A stretch of 64,000 bases of DNA from Octopus vulgaris (taxonomy: Eukaryota): NCBI GenBank assembly GCA_951406725.2, contig OX597831.1:38936001-39000000 (forward strand), written 5' to 3'. Positions 51,624-64,000 of this stretch are shown piece by piece. The translations under genes were made by a program, and so were the position numbers. The notes under the pieces were generated by a model. It was given only the letters and a program-made list of their open reading frames with translations. It was not told the DNA's origin and ran no database searches. Numbering within the stretch: position 1 is the first letter of the stretch; every line of letters begins with the position of its first letter.

Positions 51624-52210
51624 TTATATACCTTCAAGTGAACGTAAAATAATTCGTTTTTGGAACAGTAGATCTTGAAGTACATAAAGCTATATCGACA
51701 ATATACGTAAGTGTATATATGTGCTTGTAGGTATATTTATATATAGGTATATATATATATATGAGTATGTATATATGCGTGTGTGCGTCTATATTTATGT
51801 ACACGTATACATGTTTGTATGAAAGTGGTTTAACAGAAATAAATGTATATGAATAAAATTTCACCACTAAGTATAGTGGTAGCTATATTTAACCTTTTAC
51901 TTCCTGTATTGAAAATATTTATATACCTTCGAATTAACGTAATATAATTCGTTTTCGGAACATTAGATCTCGAAGTACGTAAAGCTATATCGATAGTATA
52001 CATAACTGTTTATATGTGTGTGAGGTATATTTATATGTAGGTATATTGATGCGTATGTATATATGTGTGTGTGAGTCAATATTTATGTACACATATATGT
52101 ATGTATGTATGTAAGTGTTTTAACAGAAATAGATATATATGAATGAAATTTCACTACTACGTATAATGGTAGCCATATTTAACCTATTACTTCCTGTATT
52201 GACAATATTA
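51624..52210. repeat. Diverged tandem duplication, 2 x about 295 bp
   Basis: TTATATACCTTC.A.T.AACGTAA.ATAATTCGTTTT starts at about 51624 and 51919; both units end TTACTTCCTGTATTGA.AATATT. Confidence 0.9.
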
Positions 52211-52867
52211 TTTTATTGCAACACTCTTTAAAGCCAACTACATCAAATATTTAACGTAAATATATAGTTGTACATTTATATGTAGTCTTACCTCTAATGG
52301 AACTAATAATACCACAAGTATTTTGTTTATGATATGATTAGTCCACTCAAATATAAACAAGTTACTAGATTCAGCGAGGACTAAGTGACTGTGGTGCTGA
52401 AGTAGTGAGACAGTGAGAGAGAGATAAAGAGTTATTAAAATTATTAGTGGTCTCTAAAGCTATTTTCCCCAATATCCAAGTTATTTCCGTAATAAATATT
52501 AAAAAATGACTCAGAAATAAAAGAAATAAGAGTTAAAGAGAGCAAGCTCTAATATGGCCCATAAAAACTGATGAGCAAGTGAGTCTGAACTGGTGCATTG
52601 CACTCGTCAGTGACAAGGTCTTAGATGTGTAGTGAAACAGTTTAATACCTTATAGTATGCTTTCTTATTGCTAATGATTAACTTTTAATAAGTTTGTTGA
52701 TTATCTGTGACATCGCTGACTGAACGGCCACTGAAATTCAATATATTGCAAATAATGAAATTTGGTTGTATGCAGCTGCCGGATGTCTACCACTGAAGAG
52801 ACGGAGCACGTCAAAATAACATGATCAACCTGTTTCAGTGTATTTCTTTAGCGATGCAGAGATCAAT

Positions 52868-53075
52868 AAGGCGACGAGGCCGTAGGAGCGATAGCAAGCC
52901 AGAGAAAATGCATAGCAGTACTTCATCGGGCTTTATTTTCTAATGTCAGCTTTGCCCTTTAACTTTGCAGGGGTCGATAAATTAAGTACCACTCAAGAAG
53001 ACTAATCGATGCAATAAACTTTTCCCCTTACCCTCAAAATTGACGACCTTGGGCCAAAATTAGAACTAATTATTA
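52868..53075 (+). mobile_element. SINE family A, highly degenerate
   Basis: GGGGTCGATAAATTAAGTACCA core. Confidence 0.65.
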
Positions 53076-53223
53076 TTCATAGAGCAAAACACTTTTGGTG
53101 AAGGAAGAGGAAGTGTTCCTCAAAACAAAGACCGGGTTCGAATGCATGTGACAGAGCGGACACTGCTAAAGGTCCTCCAGGTTTCTGATGGTAGGGGTCA
53201 AGCCGGGCCGTGGATTTAATCTA

Positions 53224-53594
53224 CAGGGTGATTCAAAAGTCTCCGGACATAGGAAAAATTTTTTTTATAAGAAACGGTTTATAAGATGCCCTAGATCCTC
53301 TGATCTGACTCCTCTTGATTTCTATCTCTGGGGGCAGTTGAAAGGCATGGCGTACCGCGGAAAGACAAAATACATAAATCATTTGAAGGAATGCATCACC
53401 AACTCATTTTCACAATTGTCACCAGATGTGCTATTACGAGTTCACCATGAGTGGGGTGAACGTATTGCTATGTGTATAAAAAAAAAATGGTGAACATTTA
53501 GAACTTGGTAAATAAAAAAAACTGTTCTTATAAACTGTTTCATATAAAAAAAAGATTAATGTTTCCTATGTATGGCGACTTTTGAATCACCCTG
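53224..53594 (+). mobile_element. Same Tc1/mariner-superfamily element as 48132-48574
   Basis: TIRs CAGGGTGATTCAAAAGTC / GACTTTTGAATCACCCTG with TA flanks; PRSSDLTPLDFYLWGQLKGMAY. Confidence 0.9.
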
Positions 53595-53939
53595 TACTAT
53601 ACAAGGGGATCGGGACATGATTTGAACTGAGAATGTTAAAAACAGGATCAAAATGTTATAAGTTATTCAACCCGATCTTTTATTCCTTCGTCGATAAACA
53701 CGCAAGATTGATATTGCTTTATCGATCGCGAAAGGAGAAAAGCTGGATTAGAATTCAGGAGGTAGGAACAAATACAGTAAAGCATTTACATTCGTTTCTT
53801 TGCTGCTCGTAAATGTTTTTTCATGAAGACACAAGGCTTGAAATATTATGAGTGTAGTAGGAGCATTCAATGCCTTCTATCCCTGCATCAGAATGGCATT
53901 TTATAGACAGAATGGTCCTATATATCCTGAAGGAATATA

Positions 53940-54227
53940 TGTTGTTTGTTCCCTCTCGAGCCACGCCTGGCTCATAGGGCCGGTTTCCCGGTTTCCTTGG
54001 CGTACAGGACGCCGGTTCGTCGCAGGTGAGCTGCAAGATGCAGGAAGAAAGAGTGAGAGAAAGTTGTAGCGAAAGAGTTAGCAGAGGTTCGCCATTACCT
54101 TCTGCCGGAGCCGCGTGGAGCTTAGGTGTTTTGGTCATAAACACACACATCGCCCGGTCTGAGATTCGAACCCGCGATCCCTCAACTGCGAGTCCGCTGC
54201 TCTAACCACTAGGCCATGTGCCTCCAC
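53940..54227 (-). mobile_element. SINE family C, full length
   Basis: tRNA-like head GGCACATGGCCTAGTGGTTAGAGCAGCGGACTCGC..GGTTCGAATCTC. Confidence 0.9.
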
Positions 54228-54325
54228 TAAAGGAATATGAGATAAGTTCTTCCTTAGTGGGATTTGAACTCATAACGTACAGCGTTGAGACGAACGTGGC
54301 AATAATTGTCTCCGACAACTGCACG

Positions 54326-54424
54326 ATTCTACAAGCTCTCCACCTTGCTGCCTTTTTTCTCTCTCTCTCTCTCTCTCTCTCCCTCCCTCTCTGCCAACTA
54401 TTCTACAAGCTCTCCACCTTGCTG

Positions 54425-54455
<31 letters not shown>

Positions 54456-54530
54456 CCTCCCTCTCTGCCAACTATTCTACAAGCTCTCCACCTTGTCGCC
54501 TTTTCTCTCTCTCTCTCTCTGCCAACTATA
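54326..54530. repeat. Minisatellite, three units of about 55-75 bp with (CT)n
   Basis: ATTCTACAAGCTCTCCACCTTG..(CT)n..GCCAACT occurs three times. Confidence 0.9.
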
Positions 54531-55188
54531 ACTAATTTATAAATAAAATCTGTGAAGATGCGTATGATTTTACTGAAGTTTAACGTGTAACAATTAACGT
54601 TTCTGTTATCCAAATACCAGTGATGGAACAGAGATTCTTTGCAAGTGAAACCAGTTCCTTACTTACAGAAAGAATTCAAATAATTACAACAGAAAGAAAC
54701 ATACCTGACTGTTTATCTGTGCTTCAAATTGGTGCTGTCTCTTTGTAAACATGTAATTGTTTTAGTTTCAATGCAACTGTTTCAGATAAAGTCACTAGTC
54801 AAGCAAGCACAACTAGAAACTATATCCAATTCTCCCCGCTTGTTCTGCCCTCTCTCACACCTGTATTTCTCACAACTTCCATGCATACACACACACACAC
54901 ACACACACACGCATATACGTACATATAAGTCACTTTGTATTTTCTGTTTCTCTCTCTCTCTCTCTCTCTATCTGTCACTCACTCACACACGTACACACAG
55001 ACGTACACTCGCTTTACTTTTCACACATACATACAAACACAGATGCATATATCTGCCCCCTTCCCTCAGTTTCTTTCTCTGTATATACATATATACACAC
55101 ATACATACGTATATGCAGCACCTATATGTGTGCAAGTACGTACATATACTCGACTGATATTTACTTATATGAATGGTATCTGTGTGTG

Positions 55189-55238
<50 letters not shown>

Positions 55239-55241
55239 TAC

Positions 55242-55288
<47 letters not shown>

Positions 55289-55764
55289 CACATATATGCA
55301 TGTGTGTGTATGTCTAAATATATGTATGCATACTTACATACGTACATTTACATACATACACACATAACGGTTTATGTGCGTTTTAAATCTCATACATGAC
55401 ACTTGAGCGATGCAAATTTTCTCAATCTGAACACACGATCTCCGATGATGTCACTTGCGAAGCACGTACAGTTCCAACATTGCTTTTCAAAGTTCCAACT
55501 TATAATCTGATCAACACAATACTCTGCTCACAAATAAACACATCATATGAAACAAAACACGAGAGAAATGGCAGACTATTGACTAAATTGTCTGACTCTA
55601 TTTAATTTAGTCACTCCACTTTCTACAGTTTGAAATATATTAGGTTAATCTTTAGCTTTTAATCGTTCTTGATCTAGGGTCAACCTCCGTCAATCAGAGC
55701 TGGCGGCTCTTTATCTGGAGTGCTACTGAGTGTGTGCAATGTTTGTTAGTATGTAAGTGTGTGT

Positions 55765-55805
<41 letters not shown>

Positions 55806-56159
55806 AAGACTGACAGTTATATATGCATGCGAGCCATCTACTTCCGTGCCACCAATATTTATCCAACGAAAAAGCCGCCTATTTAGGGTCAATATAGATG
55901 GCGTTGCAGGCATTGCTTTTGGAATACAGAAGGGCGAAATAGAACTCCGCAAGACATTTCAGTTTTTACAATTCCGCCAATCTTTTCCCTGGATTGCTGG
56001 AATTGCTTTTTATTTATCGCGAAAGGATGGATGGAAAAGTTGACTTCGGTGGGATTTGAATTCAGTGTAGAAAGCCTCGGAAATTACCACGTCGTGTCAA
56101 AACCAACACACTAACCACTGTTCCTATTCACCACCATTTTCACCTCAATGTTGTGTATT

Positions 56160-56480
56160 CGTGGTGGTGGTGGTGGTGGTTGCGGTGGTGGCGGTGGCGG
56201 CGGCAGTGGCTGCGGTGGCGGCGGCGGTGGCTGCGGTGGCGGTGGCGGTGGCTGCGGTGGTCGGGGGGTCATGGCGGTGGTGGGGGTTCATGGCGGTGAT
56301 GGTGGTGGTGGCGGTGGTGGCGATGGTGGCGGTGGTCGTCGTGGTGCATGTGCAAGTTCTAGTGCTGCGGTGATGCTGACGGTGCTGGTGGTGCTGGTGC
56401 TGGTGCTAGAGCTCGTGGTGCTGGGCTGGTACTGCAGCTGCTGTTCGTGGTGCATGTGGTGGTGCTGCCGCTGGTGTTGA
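56160..56480. repeat. GC-rich (GGT/GGC/GCT)n trinucleotide tract
   Basis: Direct reading. Confidence 0.9.
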
Positions 56481-56644
56481 TGACGCCACGTGGCTTCGGA
56501 TCAAAATTAGTCGAACAAAAATATGATTAAATACCTCCCAACTAATCTTTATAAGTATATGACAAGCATCGTATCTTTGTGGCTGCTGTCGTTTAGCACC
56601 AGATCAGCCCTTAACCAGGAAGCCTATGACCAGAGATAGTGAAC

Positions 56645-56955
56645 GTACGTGACTTAGTACATAGGGCATTTCGGTCACGATCGTAAAGTCGCTAGTTCGA
56701 TTCCCAGCGGCGTGATGTGTCCTTCAGCAAGATTCTTTATTTCACGTTGCTCAAGACCACTCAACTAGCAAAACTGTATTTCAAAGGGCCAGCCTTGTCA
56801 CATTCTGTGTCATGCTGAATCTCCCAGAGAACTACATTAAGAGTACGAATATCTGAGGAGTGTTCAGCGAATTGCACTTTTATTTCATGAACAGGCTGTT
56901 CCGTTGAACGGGTCAACCAGAACCTTCGTCGTCGTAACCGTTGGAGTACCAATTT
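56645..56955 (+). mobile_element. SINE family D with the tail shared with 26765-26930
   Basis: TTTATTTCACGTTGCTC core followed by CTGTATTTCAAAGGGCC..GGCTGTTCCGTTGA. Confidence 0.75.
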
Positions 56956-58533
56956 CAATTAAATATATTGCATTTGTGTAAGTAAATCGAATGTATCCAA
57001 GACATTATTCAACATTATTCAATGCATCGTCACCATTACCTTTCTTTGTAGATTGTAAAGATCATTTGGCTGCTGTTTCTTGCAAGTCAAGCTATCGCAT
57101 AGAGGCTTAGTCTTCTAATTACTATTTTATACTTTAACACTTGTTTTACATATTACCCTGCGGTCGTACAAGAGCCGATTTAAGGCAAAAGCATGGTTGA
57201 TATGATGGGAGATTTGTCTGTTATTTCTAGCAAGTGTATACAGACCGTCTGGAACCTTCCTCCTCGTTGATTCATCATTATGATATCAGTTTAGTATTTT
57301 GAATCTCATGAGCTACACATTAATTGTAAAAACTGATACTCGCTATGCGTTAACATGTTTGTGTAATGCTAGTTTGAAAGTAAAACAAATATCTGCGTCT
57401 GGTTATAAAATATTAAATCTAATTTGTTAATTATTCTAATGGTCAATATAATACTTTCATTTCAAATTTTCTTTACAGCCTATTCTCTTGTTAAATACGA
57501 AACCTCATTACTAAGTTAATTAGAATTTTTGATAAGAGGAAATTTTAGATAAATTTTCAGCTTCTATCATGAGAACAACGAGCTCGAGTAAAGATTAGTG
57601 TATTATTAATTAGAAAGTGTCACTGACCGCATATTTATAGAACACAATTTTCCAATATCGTCAGCATCTTAAATAACCAAAGTAGGGTTAATTAAATACG
57701 GTGATTAAGATATATTAGAAGTGAGCAAACGCTATTCGCATAGACGAACTGCACGAGTTTTCTTTTCGTTCAAAGTATAGCAAATGAATGAGATAATTTC
57801 AACATTTCGTCTATACTAATAAATGTGCGTTGCAGCGGTCTGTATCTATAAGGTAGGAGTCTACGGGCCAAAAGTTTGCTCGACATACCATTGGTATTCC
57901 ACTCGCCTGCTCTGTATTATTGGACGTAACGCGTGACTTTAGGTGGCACTCATAAAGTGCTTAAGTATGCATCTCAAAGTTTTGGTTTCTGTCTTATATT
58001 TTAAAGAAGTGCACTACAGTGTCTAAGAGTTGTTTTGGTTCTTATTTCGAGCAACGCTGGTGCTGACTAGCAGCCTCCATCACTTCAGCCTTATCATTAC
58101 TGGTACTTTAAACTCTTCGGTTGCATATTTGTGTGATTATAATCGTTTTTCTTTGGAATAGAAAAAATGTCTATGTCTATTTCTTCTTTTCCTTATGTCG
58201 CAAATTTTGGTTAAATCTGTGTTTCTCAAAGTGGAGGCCTATGGGACGGTCGGACAAAATGTTTTGAGAGAATTTGGTTTAAATGTTTGACAACTCAGCA
58301 GGGGGAGCGGTTTGCTCGTGTATATATATGTGTGTGTGTGTATCTATGTATATATATGTATATATAAATAGGTGTGTTTATTTTCCCTTGTTAACAATTA
58401 ACACGGAAAAAATAGATAAATAGTTACAAGGATAGCAAAAAATCACACAAGTAAAAAGGGTGTAACACCTTGTTTTTAAAGGTAGAAGCTCCGGGTTTAC
58501 GTGAAATATTTTGTATAACATATATATATATAT

Positions 58534-58698
58534 AAATGGAGTTAAACGCAGGTGTTATTCAAATTCTTTTAATTCTGACACATATTTCGAAGATATCACT
58601 GGTATTATACCAAAGGAATAAAATGGTGTAAAGCAATGTAATCTTCTGAAGAGAAGATTTGAAGTAAAAGAATTTGAATAACACTTGCGTTTAACTCC

Positions 58699-58702
<4 letters not shown>
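58534..58702. mobile_element. 169-bp foldback element in (TA)n with 42-bp inverted ends and a hammerhead relic
   Basis: Arms at 58534-58575 and 58661-58702 (2 mismatches); long inner stem; GAAATATGTGTC-AGAA on the minus strand. Confidence 0.65.
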
Positions 58703-58733
<31 letters not shown>

Positions 58734-58887
58734 AGACATGGGTGAATTTCAGTGGAATACTTCGAGTGCATCAGCATGCATTTGAAAGTTTTTATGGATG
58801 TGTAGGCATGGATGTATGGTGCAGATATTTGCTTTGCAACAACATGGCTCCGGGTTCAGTCTCATTACACGGCACCTTGAGTAAGTT

Positions 58888-59197
58888 TACGTAACTGGTA
58901 CTTAATTTATCGACCCCGAAATGCAAAGTTGACCTCGGTGAAATTTGAACTCAGAATGTAAAGACCTATTTCTTTACTACCCACAAGGGTCTAAACACAG
59001 AGAGGACAAAAAGGACAGACAAACGAATTAAGTCGATTATATTGACGCCAGTGCGTAACTGGTACTTATTTAATCGACCCCGAAAGGATGAAAGGCAAAG
59101 TCGACCTTAGCCGAATTTGAACTCAGAACGTAGCGACAGACGAAATAGCGCTTAGCATTTTGCCGGCGTGCTAACAATTCAGCCAGCTCGCCGCCTT
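58888..59197 (-). mobile_element. SINE family A, full copy plus a partial second copy
   Basis: Junction AAAGAAATA|GGTCTTTAC on the minus strand near 58968. Confidence 0.88.
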
Positions 59198-59940
59198 ATA
59201 TTTGAAACCATTGAAATAACGTTGTGGAGCAATTCTGCTAAATAATTTATTAGTATTCGTATTACTAAATATATTTTACAGCCATAAATATTTTCGCAGA
59301 AGGGTTAAAAAATTTTCTGACTTTCATAAAATTACCAAAGTTTATTTTTAATGAAAAAAAAAATAATGAATTTGGAATAAAAATATAATTTTTTGGCAGA
59401 AAACAAACAAATAACTGTATTTATTATTAAAATGATTATCACATTGAGAAATATATCTACTTATTCTTTTTGTTGGTTTATTGCATGCATCTTTTGAAAA
59501 AAAAACCTATAATTTTATTTTAATACAATCACGAAAAACAGTTGATATATTATAAAAATCCCATATACTATTTTAGATAAATAAATGCGGAAAATGAGAA
59601 AGAAAGCAAAAATGTTGGAGTAAAATTAATCTAAGAAAACAAACATTAATCCAAAACAGAATGATCAAAAGAGATGCATTTTTCTTCCATTAAAAGCATT
59701 ATGTCTCTCTATGTGTATGCAATATCTGTGAGTGTATGCATATATATATATATAGAGAGAGAGAGAGGGGGGAGGAGTGAGATAGATAGACAGATAGATG
59801 CATGTATGTATATAATACATACGCACATAACCACACATGTATATACGTAAATAAGATCACAAACAAACCTTGCCTTCCAACGTATTTCTATATATACATG
59901 CATACATACACGCATACATACTTGTATATATATATACATG

Positions 59941-59972
<32 letters not shown>

Positions 59973-60666
59973 CATACATACATACATACATTCGTTGATT
60001 TCCATATCTGAGAACCTTCAGTTGCCAGGGTGTCGTGTGAGTTAACATGAAACAAATTTTATTAAACATGCAATTGCACAGTTTGAATTTTCAGAGATTA
60101 AAAAAAAGGACCAAGGAAATAGAAACACGTATACGAAAGCATGTGAAGAATATAGATAGAATTTGGAATTCTCTAAGGAAATCTGCACTTCTCTATTCCA
60201 TTATGAACTCAAACAGCTGTTATTTCCATTTAATCAATACACCTTGAAACACAAAGTGCCCACTTATATCTGAACACTACTTGCTTTTTTATATACAAAC
60301 ACCTTAATTTCTACGATAGAAAAGAAGTGTGTTTTGTTCAAATTGAATTTACCTGGTTTAGTTTAATACTTTACGATTTGTAGCGATTTAAAATGCTCTT
60401 CAAATTACACAAAGGGCAGCCGTTTTCTCGCTTGTATTATATAATAAAGTTCTCAATTAAGAAATTAAAGCGTCTAACAGCGTTAGTGATATGATTTTAT
60501 AAGATCTGCTAACCCACTTAAAGCGTATTTTTGAGTTGTCAAACTTAAGATATATACTTTCTAAGTTTTCTTCTTAGACACAAAGATTTGCGATTATTTC
60601 AAGAGTGAAGGAAATCATATTCAGCTCGGTTGATTTAACAACAACAACAACAGCAATAATAATAAT

Positions 60667-60733
<67 letters not shown>

Positions 60734-60734
60734 G

Positions 60735-60885
60735 CTTAAGTTTTTGCCTCAAGGGCAGTCAGTTTGGGGGAGGGGATGAGTCGATTACATCGGCCCCATT
60801 GTTTCACTGGTACTCAATTTGTCGACCCCGAAAAGGGATGAAAGGCAAAGTCGACCTCGGCGGAAACTGAACTCAGAACGTAACC
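60735..60885 (-). mobile_element. SINE family A fragment between (TAA)n and (GAA)n tracts
   Basis: Core consensus match. Confidence 0.8.
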
Positions 60886-61637
60886 ACAGCGATTTAAGAA
60901 GAAGAAGTAGAAGTAGAAGAAGAAGAAGAAGAAGAAGAAGAAGAAGAAGAAGAAGAAGAAGAAGAAGAAGGAGAAAAAGAAGAAGGAGAAAAAGAAGAAG
61001 AAAAAGAAGAAGAAGAAGAGGAAGAAGAATGGTGATGATGGTGAGGGAAAGCAGGGTGATGACGATGATGATCATTTTCATCGTTGTCGTCATCGTCGTC
61101 ACTATTTCTTTTCTTCAGCACAGGTGTGCGAATAATATTAATATAGCTGACAAATATAAGACCAAAACAAAACTGCACTTAACAAAAGGTAACGTTGTGT
61201 TTGATATTGTAGTGGCAGAGAGTAATAATGTTTATAACAAATATAGACACAGAAATTAGATAATCAGATCAGAACCACGAACAGAAATATTTTAACACAG
61301 ATGGAAGTGATAGCACACAAGACATAAATGAAGGAAAAATTAGGATGAATTAAGAAAAGAGCATTCTGTGAAGTGAAAACACGCAACCAACTGATTAGAC
61401 TTTTAGTCGATCGTTTGTATGGCGCTGAGTTTCGATCCTCGGACAGGGTACTGTGTTTGCAACCTTGAGCAAGCCAATTTGATTTATGTTGCTCCAACCA
61501 GATCAGGCGATTATTTTTCGCTCTTTATTAATATTGTTACCGTGAATTTTTCTTTTTGACTCTGATGGAGCATGCGCCGGTATTTGGTTTTGTGCAAATT
61601 TCGTCCCTCCTTTAAAAGTAAGTATCCATGCGAATAA

Positions 61638-62044
61638 GGCGGTAATCTGGTAGAAACGTTAGCACGCCAGGCGAAATGCGTAGCTGTATTTCGTCTGCTG
61701 TTACGTTCTGAGTTCAAATTCCGCTGAGGTCGACTTTGCTTTTCATCCTTTCGGGGTCGATAAATTAAGTACCAGTTACGCACTGGGGTCGATGTTAATC
61801 CCTTTGTCTCTCCTTGTTTGGCCCCTCTGTGTTTAGCCCCTTGTGGGTAGTAAAGAAATAGATATTTCGTCTAATGCTACGTTCTGAGTTCAACTTCCGC
61901 CGAGGTCGACTTTGCCTTTCATCCTTTCGGGGTCGATAAATTAAGTACCAGTTACGCACTGGGGTCGATGTTATCGGCTTAATCCCTTTGTCTGTCCGTG
62001 TTTGTCCACTCTATGTTTGGCCCCTTGTGGGTAGTAAAGACATA
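61638..62044 (+). mobile_element. SINE family A dimer inside one 16-bp TSD
   Basis: GTATCCATGCGAATAA at 61622-61637 and 62046-62061; internal junction AAAGAAATA|GATATTTCGTC at 61860. Confidence 0.93.
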
Positions 62045-62484
62045 GGTATCCATGCGAATAATCATCTTCAATGATTTTTAGAATTTAGTGTGTGCAAAAC
62101 TATTTTTTCTTTTGTAATTTTATTGTAAAACATGTGCACATGTACAAGGACAAAGCTTAGAGGGACCTCTGGCGGGGAGGACATTTGAGGAAATCTTCAG
62201 CACCTTGTTTTATGGATTCTGAAGCGTTAAAAGACACAATCCATCTCGGCGAGATTCCAAGAAATAAGATAAAAATGATGTGAGGATATGTGTGTGACCT
62301 TCCTGGAAGTTTCCTTTTTTTATTATTTGTTTTACTTTTCTTTTGGAGGTTTTGAGTAGTCTTTATTCTCTCAACTACCAAAATTTCTGCTCCGTATCAG
62401 TGCACAAAGCGGCACCAAATCTATACTAAATATGTCTTAAACTTATTGCTGTAAACTAATACATACATACATACATACATTATA

Positions 62485-62635
62485 TGTGTGGTAAGTAGCT
62501 TGTCTACCAACCACATGGTTCCGGGTTCAGTCCCACTGCGTGGCACCTTGGGCAAGTGTCTTCTACTATAGCCTCGGGCCGACCAAAGCCTTGTGAGTGG
62601 ATTTGGTAAACGGAAACTGAAAGAAGCCCGTCGTA

Positions 62636-62666
<31 letters not shown>

Positions 62667-62900
62667 GCGTGTGTGTGTTTGTGTCTCTGTGTTTGTCCCC
62701 ATGGCATTGCTTGACAACCGATGCTAGTGTGTTTATGTCCCCGTTACTTAGCGGTTCGGCAAAAGAGACCGATAGAATAAGTACTGGGCTTACAAAAGAA
62801 TGAGTCCTGGGGTCGAGTTGCTCGATTAAAGGCGGTGCTCCGGCATGGCCGCAGTCAAATGACTAAAACAAGTAAAAGAGTAAAAGAGTAAAAGAGTAAA

Positions 62901-62902
<2 letters not shown>
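62485..62902 (+). mobile_element. SINE family B with a (GTAAAAGA)n tail
   Basis: Consensus match. Confidence 0.92.
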
Positions 62903-62950
<48 letters not shown>

Positions 62951-63116
62951 ACATATATATGAGTGTGTGTGTGTATATATAAAGATATCTAGATACATAT
63001 AAACATACCTACATGTGTGTATGTATGTTTGTATATATATTCATATATATATACATATATATGAATATATATGTAATTCGCGCACACACACAAAGACACA
63101 CACACACACACATATA

Positions 63117-63155
<39 letters not shown>

Positions 63156-64000
63156 GTCCACCTATAAAAGAGAGTTAAGTTCTAGACTTATAAAGCTGGT
63201 GATAATGCACTATCATTTTTTAAACATATTTCAACATATTTTCTCTACACAGGAAATCTGATTGACACATATTTATGAAAAAGTTGATAAAAAGCTGCAG
63301 GCAGTGTACAGCGCTGAATGCACCAGCAGATTATTCAGTTTGTATTATTTTATGCAACACCTGCAACTCTTTAAACTACATTTTATAGAACCAAAACCAT
63401 TTATATACAGAAAACTTTGAATAGTGGCAGAAATTCTTTAATCTATTGAATGCTATAGTTTGAATTCTTTACCAATTATGTTATCATAGACCAGATTTCT
63501 GCAGCGATTGAATCTAATATATAATGCAAATTACATCTACTGCTGCTAATGTAATGTTATAAAGTTGCATATTTCTCGAGTATGGTCTTTGGATAATAGT
63601 TTCACAGCGCTGTCTTGTGTGTTAGTTGAAATAATGCGCTTCCTATGATGTCAACACAGTCTTGGCAGATATCGTGTTGTCTGCAGCGTTTTCGCTTTGT
63701 TTCAGTCACCAAAAGCCGTGTTTACAATTTGCGATTCTTGTGAAAATATACTACTTCAATAAACCAACAAAGCCAGCGGGGTGGGTATGTCTAGCATGTC
63801 TCTCTTATCAAAGCCCACATTCTAACAATATTGTGTCGTTCCAGACAGGATAATTTTAATGGTCTTCAATAATTTCCAGTCTCCAACGAAAAACACATAG
63901 TGAATATTCTTCTGCATAAACAGAGAAAGTAAATATAATTAATGGATATGTCTACAGTAGGGTATTATCTCGACTGAGTACTGTGATTAGAATTGCCAAC

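Noticed and set aside
52566-52830. Hammerhead cores CTGATGA, CTGACGA and CTGAAGA-GACG..CGTC
   Set aside because: No properly placed GAAA or stem I; only simple hairpins.
54150-54227. tRNA gene
   Set aside because: The A/B boxes belong to a SINE head that continues into SINE core; no proper acceptor stem. The same applies to the other heads.
56148-56480. Glycine-rich protein or CpG island
   Set aside because: Pure trinucleotide repeat decay.

Overview
AT-rich, microsatellite-saturated eukaryotic DNA with no recognisable host exon. The repeat content (tRNA-derived SINEs, very long TA/CA/TAGA/TATG tracts) looks like an Octopus/coleoid genome; this is inference. Almost all supplied ORFs are microsatellite translations. 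The window holds (1) the open 3' end of a CR1/L2-group LINE RT (1-1182), whose tail is shared with a SINE family; (2) four tRNA-SINE families with interchangeable 3' tails; (3) remnants of Tc1/mariner, pogo, Helitron, Dong/R4, Tx1/L1-like and Penelope (GIY-YIG) elements. Most notable: at least six dispersed minimal type-I hammerhead-ribozyme motifs in short Penelope-like non-coding units; a TSD-flanked retroposon carrying only a zinc-knuckle ORF1 with the same 3' end as a SINE that favours GGTA sites and inserts into itself; Helitron ends with a fully palindromic terminus in flip and flop loop orientations; and a Helitron that appears to contain a retrotransposon ORF1 fragment. All motifs and coordinates were read by eye; no alignment or folding software was run.
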